From Octopus sinensis (lineage: Eukaryota), in the NCBI RefSeq assembly GCF_006345805.1, contig NC_043000.1:127782001-127846000 (forward strand): 64,000 bases of DNA, in the 5' to 3' direction. The translations under genes and the position numbers were made by a program. Below the pieces are notes generated by a model. That model ran no database searches. It had not been told where the DNA came from and saw only the letters and a program-made list of their open reading frames with translations. Of this stretch, positions 1-13,586 are shown piece after piece (positions within the stretch are counted from its first letter, which is position 1; each line of letters opens with the position of its first letter).

Positions 1-632
1 AAAATTTAAATACTTGGGGTTCTTGGATACGAATAACTTTTACACAGTACCTCTACAACCCTTCAGCTTTCGTTTCATATAAAAATTATTTCGATACATG
101 CAATATATATTTTAGTTTTCTCAGCTAAAGTGTAGTTGGGTCTCAAGGAGGTGGTACAAACCTAACAATCTGTGTTTTATAGTGAAGACAAAATGTCCAT
201 CCAAATGGCAATTACCGGACAATTTCTGTTCGAGTCTGACCGTTTTAAGTCGTAGTGGAAACCCGACCTATATCGCAAATAGGCATACGAGCATTGTATA
301 AATTTCATAATTGAAAAATTTACTTTATTTTGTACGTACAAGAATATCATCCTCCGGGCGCAAATAAAACCTGTTGCTCTCACAGAGAAATAATGTATAT
401 TTTTTCATGTTAGTGCTTACGGTCGATACCATATATTAACATTAATATAAATTTAAACATGCAAATTTAGAAGCTTGGACACTCGAAAATGATTTGACAA
501 ATTTCATTGCATGCTAACACTAATTCTTATTGGCATCTACCCTTACCGGAAGAAAAAAAACCCCAACTCCACCGTGTCTGCATACGCGTTTATGTATCGT
601 TGAACGTGTGAGCTATACATATATAAAACATA

Positions 633-865
633 AGGCGGTGAACTGACAGAAACGTTAGCACGCCGGGCGAAATGCTTAGCGGTATTTCGTCTGCGGTTAC
701 GTTCTGAGTTCATATTCCGTCGAGGTCGACTTTGCCTTTCATCCTTTTGGGGTCGATAAATTAAGTACCAGTTACGCACTGGGGTCAATGTAATCGACTT
801 AATCCGTGTGTCTGTCCTTGTTTGTCCCCTCTATGTTTAGCCCCTATGTGGGCAATAAAGAAATA
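633..865 (+). mobile_element. tRNA-derived SINE family A (Meta/MESC-like central domain), full length with 19-bp TSD
   Basis: A/B-box-like head, gcctttcatcc..ggggtcgataaa..agtaccag core, tail ending aataaagaaata. TSD tatacatatataaaacata at 614-632 and 866-884. Confidence 0.9.
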
Positions 866-1729
866 TATACATATATAAAACATATGTAAGAGATCGTTCA
901 TTATTACGCTATCTCACAAACTTCGAGCAATTTAATCGTAACATAACCCGTTATACATATTCTTCAAATGTTTTACTTTTTTCTTTCTTTCCCCATCTTA
1001 CTATTCTTTACCTGTCATTGCGTTCGTTGTTGATCTCCTCCCCGCTTAATACCGCCCCCAACTTCTCACTTGTGTGTATGTTGTTTTTTTTCACTCTTCA
1101 ACTTAAATCAAGTGTCTTCTAACAACACACTTCTCATTTCTTCAAAGATACTTTCTACCCTAAAGCGTCAGAATATCACCTCGCTTCACAGCACACCAAA
1201 TTTATCTTCTTACTTTACGAAAGTTGTAAAAATCACTGCTATGAATAGCTACCTTGTCCGACAAGATAAGACCAGTCTGGCAATTCTCAACTAGCTTGTA
1301 TATAGATCACAACATCAATTACCATGATAAGTTGTAAACTGTTTTCATTCCGGATACAACAGACATTTTTCAGTTCAGATAATTATACGTTACGGAAGAA
1401 GTCTGAACTACCGATGCCAAGAAGTTGGATTGTAATTTCAATAAATAAAACAAATGTAGCTTCAACTAAATTGCAGCTTTAATAAACACAACAATTTATT
1501 TAAAGCGGAATCTTCTAATTTCGTTCTACCTCGTACATACACTAGAATTACCCATTTTTGTGTTTGGAAGAAATTACTAAAAATGATAAGCTATTGGAAT
1601 GACATCTACATTTACGAGCCAATGAGGAAGTAGCCTCTGCGTAACCGCTCAAGGAATTGAAAATAACAGTCAAATTGTTTTGATACATTTTATCGTCTTA
1701 AAAAAGGAAGGACACATTAAACAAAATAC

Positions 1730-1918
1730 TTTATTTGATATCATATAAAAAGCACACTTTTATTACCCCGGAAAATGTTTCAAAAATCCCCACCAGGTCC
1801 TATATGTGAAGTTGGGCATCCCATAAGCTTTAACACTTTTTTTTACCTGAATATTCTCTCCTGAAATTGGGGTGAGTCTAATATGCCCATGTGTCTTTTA
1901 TGCCATCAAATGTAGTAT
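1730..1918. mobile_element. Degenerate Tc1/pogo-type MITE interrupting a family-E repeat (1630-2025)
   Basis: The host repeat (cf. 26440-26645) resumes after 1918. Terminal ...caaatgtagta resembles pogo/Tc2 ends. Confidence 0.4.
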
Positions 1919-2036
1919 ATGATCCTCGATGCACTATATCAGAAAAAAAAAGACTGGATGATCATGACTCTGTAGTTTTGGTTATTGATCTGATCAATCA
2001 GGACAGGCCTGCAACTAGAAGACAACTATGTGATGA

Positions 2037-2084
2037 AGATAGACCGATTGATTTCATTGTTATTTAATTACTCATCAGGATCTG
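2037..2084 (-). ncRNA. Decayed minimal hammerhead ribozyme
   Basis: Minus strand reads agatc-CTGATGA-...-GAAA-tcaatcg-GTC-tatct. Stem III is two transitions from the palindrome accgatcggt; stem II is weak. Confidence 0.5.
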
Positions 2085-2239
2085 CTTACATCTCCTTCCC
2101 AAGAGCGACAGTAGAGGAAGAGTACTAGAGTACATGTGAAAAGGATCCTGGTCGCGATAGTTACAATTATCATATAACCGCTGCCCCAATATGAAGAGCA
2201 TCATTACACGTGGTCAATACTAAGAACCTGAATCCAGTC

Positions 2240-3420
2240 GTAATAACTTCCATCGCTCAAGTTTCAGAAATAAAAGTAAAGCGAACCCTACAAGACTAAG
2301 TATTTAGATCTGGGAACTGAAAGACAACAACATTAATTATAGATTAGAATGGCGTATCCTAAGCCAAAGCATCTTCCTATAACCTTAATAATAATCGCTG
2401 TAATTTATGCATAAATGAGAAATTCTTCATTTTAATGACCAAATCAGAATTACTTAATAAACGAAACGAGAAATATGACATATTTGCATAAAGATAAATT
2501 CTTATTCTCAAAATATCGCTAATACCCACATTACAGGTTATTAGCTGACCTACCTAACATCTTATTACCTCCCCGAACCATCCCACTTACCACAGAGCAT
2601 AATTTAACATCACATCGCAATTTTAAATTAAATTACCCAGATTAATCAAACTATTTAGACTCTGCGTTGTACATTAGGGCATATAATCCTTGATAATATA
2701 TTCACTTTAAAGCTAGATAGCCGACACACTTAACACGTTATGTATTAGTTTATTTTAATTGATCTTTATTGATTTTTTATGTACTCTTTATCTTTTTTTC
2801 ATCATTCCTTTACAGAGCCCATGAAGCATCCTTAGTTTTTAACAAGGGCATTATTTGTAACCATAGGAACTGACCTAGCAGTCACAAACAGCAATATGTA
2901 TTACAATTAACAACACCGAATATCTCCACCAGGTATATCTCCTTCGACTTACACCGCCGGTCAACTTGTCACTTCCCACTTACTGCTCCATTCAGCAAAT
3001 TGAAGAAACGTACACACACTTGGAACCCAAAAAGTCACTAAAATTTAAGCCTAACGTCTTAACGAACTTTTTCCTTTTCCCTTTTCTCCTATTTATATTT
3101 CTCTAAATCATTCTGACGATGTTTGTTAAATTGAACGAGATAAATGCAAATTTACCTCGATTATATAAACAAAAACAGCTGTAAATGGTTCTGAACTACA
3201 ATTAAACTATGACTTTTTTAATACCAATGATCAGCTTCTCATTGTTAATTACTGGTCCATTTCTTTTATTTTCTATATATATTAAACCACGGTTTTACCA
3301 TTAAATTACCAACTACTGTATACCTTATAGCTATAACTATACATAGTGAGGTAATAGACCAGTAGTGTCAACGGATACATTATTCCTCAGATGGTTGAAT
3401 AACCTCTAACTCATTTTTTG
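2240..3420 (+). mobile_element. Penelope-like element 3' fragment (GIY-YIG C-terminus plus pLTR)
   Basis: 2260-2515 translates with lesions as FRNKSKANPTRLS.IWELKDNNINYRLEWRIL...CNLCINEKFFIL...LLNKRNE, typical of PLE endonuclease ends. An HHR motif follows at 3109-3187 and the element ends at (TA)n. Confidence 0.75.
3109..3187 (+). ncRNA. Decayed hammerhead ribozyme in PLE pLTR
   Basis: catt-CTGACGA-tgttt...aaaca-(A)AAAC-agct-GTA-aatg. Palindromic stem III acagctgt; the catalytic G12 appears mutated to A. Confidence 0.55.
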
Positions 3421-3724
<304 letters not shown>

Positions 3725-3725
3725 C

Positions 3726-3793
<68 letters not shown>

Positions 3794-4189
3794 AATTGGT
3801 TGCGAACGTCACGTTTTTAAAGTATATTGGACGATGGAATATTTTGTAACTGAAAAAGCCAAACAACAAAAACGTATTATGTGTTATATGCAGCAAGAAT
3901 AACGCAGTCCTGGAGGAATATAATATACGTAAGCATTATCAAACGAAGTATTCATATCCTAATTCTCTTCAAATAGAAAAACTACGTCATGGGAGATATG
4001 AAAGTATTTTATCAGTATTTTTAACAGACGTGTTTTTTGGGTTTTTTTTAGTTAGATAACTGCTAATAAAGAAGTAACTAAAAGGCTAGTCTGAGAGTAG
4101 ATTATTTGCAAACCAAGAAAAAAGAAACCTCATTTAGTGGCGGTGAATTAATTAATTTTTTTTGTGATTACAACAGCTAAAGAAGTATC

Positions 4190-4583
4190 TTTTATCTTTT
4201 GCTTGTTTCAGTCAGTGGACTGTGGCCACGTTGGAGCATAGCTTTCAAAAATTTAAGTCGAACAAATAGACGCCAGTATTTGTTTTTGAAGTCTGGTACT
4301 TATTTTATCGGTTTACTTGACCGCACTGGTAAGTTACGAGGAGGTACGTAAACCAAACATCGTTTGTCAACCGGTGGGAAGGGACAATCATATATATATA
4401 TATATATATAATATACGATGGGCTCCCATATAGTTCCCGTCCACCAAAATATCTCACGAAAGTATCGGTTGGCCCGGGGCTATAGCAGAAGGCTACTTAC
4501 CCAAGGTCACGCACATTGAGACTGAACACAGAACCACTCGGTTACAAAGCTAGCTTCTTAACCACACAGCCTTGCCTGCACCT
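4190..4583 (-). mobile_element. SINE family B (tRNA head, CORE-like domain, internal microsatellite), diverged copy
   Basis: Homologous to the better copies at 28628-29030 and 46099-46490. Confidence 0.8.
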
Positions 4584-4689
4584 ATATGTATATTCCGTAA
4601 AAATAAATTCATTCAAAAAATTAGTCTTTCTACAACATCAGAGACTGGGGGAGTCGAAGACATAGGAAGCAATATCTTGTTCCAATTAA

Positions 4690-5960
4690 ACAACAATACG
4701 AAAGATTTCTGTTTGGTTTTCTCTGGTTCTTGATGAGTGGACAGCTGCGTCTGACAGTTCGGTGTTGCTATTGTTTGTTGAGGGAATTAATGCTGACTAC
4801 GAAGTCATGGAACAGCTATTGATGATGACATTTCATAAGAGCTGGAGAAAACATTAACTAAGTGCAACCTGGTTTAAAAACATTTAAAGTATTTTACAAG
4901 CGACGGTGGAAAAATTTTGTGTGGCGTAAAGAAAGGTTATATTGACTGAGCCTACACAACTTGTGACAGTATGAAGTGTAATGTAAAAATTAAAAAAACT
5001 CTATGGTGTTTTACTGCACCATTCATCACCAGGAACTTTGCGTAAAACATTTAAATCTATCATCTGTGACAGAACCAAGCGACAAACAGCGAATTTTATT
5101 TGATCGCGTGTGCTCAATCAATGTCAGTTTCGAACATTTTGGGAAGAAATACAAACTGAATATAGCAATTTGCTGTACTACACTATTGAATAATGGTTTA
5201 GTAACAGTAATGTTTAGTAAGCAGCTATACCACACTGCTGAAAGATTGTTTAGTAACGGTGGAGTTATCTCAGGAAGTTTTTAAAACTTCTGATGAGGAT
5301 TTTTATTTATTTTAATGAGAAAAATTGTTCTCAGGCACAAATTGCAAACGGCAAATGGTGTGGGAAAATGGCATTTCCCACTTCACGAGCTGCATTTTAG
5401 ATCACATTGCCATTCTGAGCTTATAAGCGGCATATACTCTGCTGTAGAAGCATAAAATAACATTTTACCAATCCCAGTTTATGATAAATAACTTCGGTCA
5501 CTTTTCTTGCTGTGATAAATATACGAAAGAAGCAAAATTCTTGTTTCCTTTCTAAATCACGCATCACATTTTCACTTGACAGAAGTTACAATATTAACAG
5601 AGTTTGGCAAATCTCAATAAAAATGTGAAATCATTAAAAACCTTTCAAAAGCCATTTCACTGCATTATTGAAGTGACATCCAATAGATCTTCAACCGGAA
5701 GTTATTGATTTGTTGCCAAATGATATGCTAAAAGGCAAATACATTTATAAAAGGGAAAACATTTATAAAATGACTCCCAGATAAAGGATTTACTCCTTTA
5801 AAATTTTTTGCTGTGAGTGGGCTTTTCACACAATTTATTTATGTGAAAGAACATTTTCAAGCATGAAATATATCAAATTGTGTTAACTAACTACTTGCAA
5901 TCAGTTGTGATTGAAGGAACCACGAAATTTGAACCACATTTTAATATTTTCTTATCGTTT
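4690..5960 (+). mobile_element. Decayed hAT (SPIN/GTF2IRD2/Buster-like) transposase remnant
   Basis: Fragments resembling DESTD...LLFV.GI...YEV.E.L (4731-4820), CxxH..xLC.K (ORF 5003 YCTIHHQELCVKHL) and the dimerisation motif YLCERTFSSMKYIK (5836-5880). Many stops. Confidence 0.7.
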
Positions 5961-5984
5961 AAAAACAGGAAAGAGATTTAAAAT

Positions 5985-6508
<524 letters not shown>

Positions 6509-6607
6509 TTCACTCATATTCTTTTTATGGTGGGGACCTTGATTTTGTCAGTTTGTGCTAGATGATTCTGTAGACAGTGATACAATGTTTTGCGTTACTA
6601 TTACCAA

Positions 6608-7135
6608 GACGGCGAGCAAGCAGAATCGTTTGCACGCCGGGCGAAATGCTTAGCGGTATTTCATCTGAGTTCAAATTCCGCCGAGGTCGACTTTGCCTTT
6701 CATCCTTTCGGGGTCGATTAAATAAGTACCAGTTACGCACTGGGGTCGATATAATCGACTTATTCCGTTTGTCTGTCCTTGTTTGTCCTCTCTGTGTTTA
6801 GCCCCTTGTGGGTAGTAAAGAAATAGGTATTTCATCTCTCTTTTACGTTCTGAGTTCCAATTCCGCCGTGGTCTACTTTGCCTTTCATCCTTTCGGGGTC
6901 GATTAAATAAGTACCAGTTACGCACTGGGGTCGATATACTCGACTTAATCCGTTTGTCTTCTCTGTGTTTAGCCCCTTGTGGGTAGTAAAGAAATAGGTA
7001 TTTCATCTCTCTTTACGTTCTGAGTTCCAATTCCGCCGTGGTCGACTTTGTCTTTCATCTTCGCTCTTAAAATAAGAACCAGTTGAGTACTTACCCCTAC
7101 CCCAAAATTGCTGGCTCTGTGCCAAAATTTAAAAT
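6608..7135 (+). mobile_element. Head-to-tail trimer of SINE family A
   Basis: One full unit, then two 5'-truncated units, each restarting at ggtatttcatct (about 6826 and 6997). Confidence 0.9.
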
Positions 7136-7439
7136 TATTATCATTATTGCATCTAACACTAATTGTTGTTTCATGCAATAATCTTTTTAACATTTGGCTT
7201 CATAACTGGTGGTTTGTTTGATATGTGTGAAAATCTGTGAGGTTAGAAATAATCGATATGGACAGTAAACAGTTCATATCGATTATAATATAACTTCATA
7301 TAATTGAGAAATCAGCTGGAGCAGTTATTAAGTTTAATAAGGTTAGAACACCATGAAAGAAGATGATTGGGTGAACTTATTAGTTCTCTAATGAGAAGCA
7401 AATGAATAGGAAGACCAGAAAGAAGAACGAAGTAAGGAA

Positions 7440-7655
7440 GAGGGGAGGGATGTGAGGAGTGGTGGGGAGATGAGGAGGAGGAGGAGGAGGAGAGGATGAT
7501 GATGAGGGGGAGTAGGGTGATGAAGAGGAGGAAAAGGAGGAGGAGTGTGATGATGAGGAGAGGAGGAGGGTGATGATGATGATGAGGAGGAGGAGGAGGG
7601 TGATGAAGAGGACGAGGAGGACGAGGAGGAGTAATGTGAGGAGGAGGAGGAGTTA
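7440..7655. repeat. (GGA/GAT)n low-complexity purine tract
   Basis: Directly visible; explains the spurious Pro/His/Ser ORF 7312-7689. Confidence 0.9.
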
Positions 7656-7789
7656 AGTAGCAGGAGACAACTATCTGCGGTTGATTCAATCGACTATGCC
7701 CACATCATTACGAATGAAGAAGGATTTGTTATTCGGGATTTAATTATTAGTTGAATTAGTATTAGCGAGTACCTCAAGATTCAGACCAT

Positions 7790-8185
7790 GTTGCGATATG
7801 ATGGCTTGTATGATGGGTGTACCAGCGGAGCGCAAGCTCCATGTAGGACCTCCCGGGCTGGACAGGTTAAAGGATAGAGACCAGAGTAATATGAATCATC
7901 TTTTTCCAGAGGTAAAAATGGGTTTGCATAGGGCCGACACTCCTTCTTAGAAAAAAGCAAAATTACAGAAGCATCGATAACAATTCACAACGAGTAAGAC
8001 CTGGGAAAGAAGGGCTTCCCTCAAGGAAGCATATGACGCGGTTCAGCAAAATTTAAAAGAAGCTGCAAAGAGTGGGGATCCAATCTGGGAGAAGCAGGAA
8101 AGCATCCCAGAGTCAATAACGGTGGAGAAAAAAATCATCGATAGCCTTTGTTCCATTAAGAGCGAAGTGCTTGAGTGAGTAAGTA
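7790..8185 (+). mobile_element. Probable internally deleted RTE-type non-LTR element (5'UTR-like part fused to 3' end)
   Basis: The 3' part resembles RTE ORF ends (W.E.....Q...RWR.....LC) and is followed by a (gagt/aagt)n tail. The 5' part is GC-richer and structured. Confidence 0.4.
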
Positions 8186-8340
8186 AAGGGTAAAGGCCCC
8201 CTTGGGTCATGAATGACCATGGGATTGCACCTAGAAAGTTACCCTCCGAGGCACAGGTCTGAGCACAGTTGTTTACGGAAACCAGCAATTGCCCATGCAA
8301 ACCAGCCTCCCTCTTCAATGTTATCCAAGGGAAAGGCAAA
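8183..8340 (-). mobile_element. 3' half of SINE family D
   Basis: Reverse complement of 42850-43009. Confidence 0.85.
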
Positions 8341-8356
8341 GACAACGTCAAATAAA

Positions 8357-8720
8357 GTGGCCGTAATCCCCTCATCTGAGATTCCACATACTGTGACACC
8401 TTTTCCAACAGTAATGTGGTGTGCTCAGTTTCCAGCCCAGGCCCCGCTGCTCGTCAGGCTGATGAAAACAAACTGTCGATGTATCGTTCGCTTTTTAACG
8501 GGTTTATGGTCGAGCCTATGGCAGTGGAGACCTCCGGCGTTCTTGGCTCCCGGACCAAATCCCTGCTCACCGCTATCGGGCTGTCCGCGAGTGCGAGCCC
8601 CGTGAGTCAGAGTGACTGTTCCAGCGCATCTCCCTCACGATCTTCCAGGGTAACCCCTTTTCCATTTTGTCTGCTGGGACCTTGAGGTGACCTGACTTAC
8701 AGGAAAGTGTATAAAAAGAA
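8357..8720 (+). mobile_element. CRE-clade (restriction-like endonuclease) non-LTR retrotransposon C-terminal fragment
   Basis: Translates ..LI(W)DSTYCDTFS...PGPAARQADENK..YRSL...VEPMAVETSGVLG...QRISLTIF.GN, matching the CRE-type WD.T..DT / P.AVET.G / QRIS....GN pattern. Confidence 0.7.
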
Positions 8721-9350
8721 TACATAACTTACAATACATAAACTGTGTGTGTATTTCATTAGAATTATTTCCACGAAAAAGTTGAGCTAATTGTCATCGA
8801 GATATGAACTATCAATTGGTGTTGCAGGAGATAGAGATCGAGAGTATAGGGAGAGAGGGAAAATAATAACAATGAAGGATAAGGGTAGGAGGAGGAAGGG
8901 GAGGAATAAGAGCAGGAAAGAAGAGATAGGTAAGGGAGGAAGAATGCAGAGGTAGTAAGAGTAAACAAGTGTTAATGGCAGGCGGCAACGGTCTGAGTTT
9001 AATTCAGTCGATTATACACACATCCCTTCAAAGACAATCCCCAGTGACATAGCAATGTTCCTCAGGGCCAGAAGGGCATAGACACTTTTATAGCACCCAT
9101 CATAATTAACTAGGATGAAATACCTGAAGAAATTTAGCATTATTTCACTCCATTTTCTTTCTTGCTACGTCACTGGTACTCTTGTTCAAACATGAAAAAT
9201 TGCTGTGGGTAAAGATAAGGTCTGAAAAGATTTAAAATTTCACCCCTGCTTTATTTTCCTTTCCTTTCTTTTCTTTTTGTTCATTTTTTTAATTCGGTGT
9301 TGGTTTTATTGCCTTTTTAATAGCTATATCGAAATATATTTTTATGTTTA

Positions 9351-9429
9351 TGACATAATCCGGAATTTAACTTGAAGTGTTTATCTGTGGAACAAATAAA
9401 CACATCAAGTTAAATTCCGGATTATGTCA
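9351..9429. repeat. Near-perfect 79-nt hairpin (38-bp arms, 2 mismatches)
   Basis: tgacataatccggaatttaacttgaagtgtttatctgt-gga-acaaataaacacatcaagttaaattccggattatgtca. Confidence 0.9.
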
Positions 9430-9509
9430 AAATTTTCAGCAAATTATAAATTCCTTATATCTACGTCTCTATGTACGTACGTATATGTGTGCGTGTGTAC
9501 ATACACATA

Positions 9510-10403
9510 TATTGGGTAGAAGAATAATTCATGAGCGTTTTTTTTTTATTTAAAAATGCACGCAGATATAAAATGCATTGGCAAAATGTTTTGTTATTTG
9601 AAAGATAATTTTTTGCTCTACAAGATTTTTTTTTATTTTATTGATTTTTGTGTATTTTCAGATCATTAAAATGGAATGTCAAGTGGACAAAACTGAGCTA
9701 TTTCGACACCATTTGCTTTTTGCATGTAATCAAGGTGTTAAACCCGTCAAGGCTGCTCGTGAGATTTGTGTTGTGTATGGAGAAGGAGCAATGCATCAGA
9801 GTACCGCCCGCCGTTGATTTTCGCGCTTCAAAAATTCGAATTTTGACCTCAAAGATGGATCACACACCGGTCGACCAGCTGAGTCCGATGAAGAGCGATT
9901 GAATCATCTTCTTCACGAAAATCCACGTCAAACAACCAGAGAATTGACGGAGCAGATGGATTGTGATAAAAAAATTTTTTAACTGTGGTGAGCCATCTTC
10001 ACTCAGTAGGCAAGGTTCATCGAACTCAATTAATCGACTGGTGTGTGATCCATGTTTGAGGTCAAAATTCCCATTTTTGAAGCGAGAAAAACAACGGCAG
10101 GCGGTACTTTGAGGCATTGCTCCTCCATACACAACACAAATCTCACAAGCAGCTTCGGCGGGCTGAACATCTCGATTAAATGCAAAAAGCAAATGGTGTC
10201 GAAAATGCTCAGTTTTGTCCACTTGACATTCTATTATAATTATCTGAAAATAGACAAAATAAATCAATAAAATTAAAAATCAAGACATATTATCTTGTAG
10301 AGCAAAAAATTATCTTTCAAATAACAAAACATTTTGCCAATGCGTTTTATTTCTGCGTGCATTTTTTAATTTGAAAAAAAACACTCATGAATTATTCTTC
10401 AGC

Positions 10404-10409
<6 letters not shown>
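9510..10409. mobile_element. Mariner-derived foldback element made of two inverted 5' ends
   Basis: TIR tattggg..gaagaataattcatgag at both ends in a TA context. Both ~385-bp arms encode a mariner N-terminal HTH (FRHHLLF...AAREICVVYG...WFSRFK..NFDLKD..H.GRP). No DDD domain. Confidence 0.88.
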
Positions 10410-11135
<726 letters not shown>

Positions 11136-11664
11136 AGTAAGTCGCACAGTATGTGATACAAAATGAGATTTCACCATATTGTAAGCAGTAAGGCGTTGTG
11201 ACTACCTTACACAGAATATGGATCATATAATAAACTTAGAAAAACATTATTTTACTTTGAAGTACGTTGTCTGTTGACACAATTTATTTAGATTCCATCC
11301 AGTTCGCGCTATTTTTAAATAACAATCATTTCATTATCCTTCTTATAAGGTTTTTCAGTTCCATGTGAAATTTCTCAAATAACCAAAAGTTAACTAGATT
11401 CGTTTGTTCCAACAATTAACTTCCACACATTTTGGATTGCTCAATGAATACAACCTAAGTCTTGTGGATAAAGAAAATTTTTATCGAGTCAATTACAGAA
11501 TTTTAATCAGTTGATATTGGAAACCGTAATGTCCGTTTCCATTCCCAGATTAATTCAAGACATTTTTGTTTTTACAAATGAAGATTTATTTATTGAAAAA
11601 TGTTATTGCACAACTGAAAATACGATTAAAATTCACTGAAATTTTGGCTTCAGTAGTCTTTAGT

Positions 11665-12003
11665 TTACTTGTTTTACTTGTTTCAGTCATTTGACTGTGG
11701 TCATGCTGGAGCACCGCCTTTAGTCGAACAAATCAAACCCAGGACTTATTCTTTTAAGCCTAGTACTTACTCTACCGAACTCTTGCCGAACCGCTAAGTT
11801 ACGGAGACATAAACATACCAGCATCGGTTGTCAAGCGATGTTGGGGGGAGAAACACAGACACACAAACATATACACACACGTACATATATATATATATAC
11901 ATACACACATATATACGAGGGGCTTTTTTCAGTTTCCGTCTACCAAATCCACTCACAAGGATTTGGTCGGCACTTGCTCAAGGTGGGACTGAACCCGGAA
12001 CCA
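11665..12003 (-). mobile_element. SINE family B, 5'-truncated
   Basis: Homologous to other family B copies. Confidence 0.85.
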
Positions 12004-12424
12004 GTTTGTAGAAATTGTATGAATAACTTGAAGACGTTTGACTCTTTTGACATCAGTTTATAAATAGGAAGTACTGACGACTATCATCTTGACTCCTCAA
12101 GGAAACGAAAGTTTCCAGACCCACCTTATTTAACTCCTTGTGGTGATTCACTGTTTTAACTCCCGAACATCTTATTTACCTGAAAACAAATAAATACTTA
12201 ACTTTTTAAAATGCCGTATGCATTTTATAAAAATTAACTGAAATTGAAATCAACCATCAGCAATGAACTGATGAATTTTGTCGTTGATTTGCTTACAAAA
12301 AGGTTCGGTGTTTTAAAATGTTTCCCAATTAACCGAATTATACAATTACGCAATATACAATTGTAAGCTAATTGTATGCAATTATACGGACTTTGAAAAT
12401 GATATTTAATGAATGTTTCAAATT

Positions 12425-12628
12425 TTGGCACAAATCCCTGAACTGTAGGAGGGAGAAGTTAGTCGATTACATCGACTCCATATACAACTGATACTTACTT
12501 TATCGACCTCGAAGGGATGAAAGACAAAGTCGATCTAGGCGGAATTTGAACTCAGAAAATAAAGATGGACGAAATGCAGCTGAGCATTTCGTCCGATGTG
12601 TTAACGGTTCTGCCAACTAGCTGTCTGA
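12425..12628 (-). mobile_element. SINE family A
   Basis: Reverse-complement match to 16480-16690. Confidence 0.8.
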
Positions 12629-12683
12629 TATAATTAGATATCATCGTGATAAATCTATATGTACTTTTCCTTAATGTATCTGT

Positions 12684-12995
12684 TTTTTTTTGTCGCCCTT
12701 TTCAAGCCTAGCCAGACTCATGGGCCCAGTTTCCCGGTTTCTGTGGCGTATGTGTTCCCCCCAGCTGGATGGGACGCCAATCCATCGCAGCGTTACTCAA
12801 GAAACAGGAAGAGAGAGTGAGAGAAAGTTGTGGTGAAAGAGTACAACAGGGGTCGCCACCATCGCCTGCCGGGGTCTCGTGGAGCTTTTAGGTGTTTTCG
12901 TTCAATAAACACGCACAACGCCCGTCTGGGAATCGAAACCGCGATCCTCCGACCGCGAGTCCGCTGCCCTAACCACTGGGCCATTGCACCTCCAC
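12684..12995 (-). mobile_element. tRNA-derived CORE-like SINE family C with 11-bp TSD
   Basis: Intact tRNA-like head (tggcccagtggttagg...ggtttcgattccc). TSD aatgtatctgt at 12673-12683 and 12996-13006. Confidence 0.88.
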
Positions 12996-13586
12996 AATGT
13001 ATCTGTCTTGGTGATCACTCATTTCAGAAATGCAACGAAGAGCGGGTGAATAAGAGGTCAGCCTTCTCGTTCTAAGTTTACACGTTGTTATTCCAATTGT
13101 GTATGTTATTAATGCTATGTTAGTTTCATCCTATTGAACAGACAGAAATAAAACAAACACAAACCAACTAATTAATGAAGGCGCAACAATATAAACGGAC
13201 GTTGATCTGTGGCTTGATGTCTTTTAGGATTAATTATGTTAGAATATACTCAAGCTTAGTTTTCCAGTCATTAAGTGTGCTTTTTAACAACATAACCGCT
13301 TAATTATCACGATTTGATATCCCATACTAATTTGTGAAGTGAACACCCTACATTGACAATTAGGTGGTGGCAGAGCCGAGTTCAAAACTCAGTTTTAATA
13401 CAGTTTTATTTCACCTAAGGCGCTCGTACCGCTAAGAAAGGTATGAACTTCTCACAGTTTCATATTTCTTTTGATAGATCTGATACTATAAGTCAATATA
13501 ATAAATTAGAAATTAAAATGTAAATTATTTTAAATTCCAAAATGTTTCAGTTATTGATTTCTAACATAGACGTGTGGAGACAGGTG

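Noticed and set aside
1345-1430. Stem agttcaga/tctgaact followed by gaaa on the minus strand
   Set aside because: No CUGANGA core.
7312-7689. Pro/His/Ser-rich ORF and the many HTHT/YIYI/CVCV ORFs
   Set aside because: Translations of microsatellites and SINEs.
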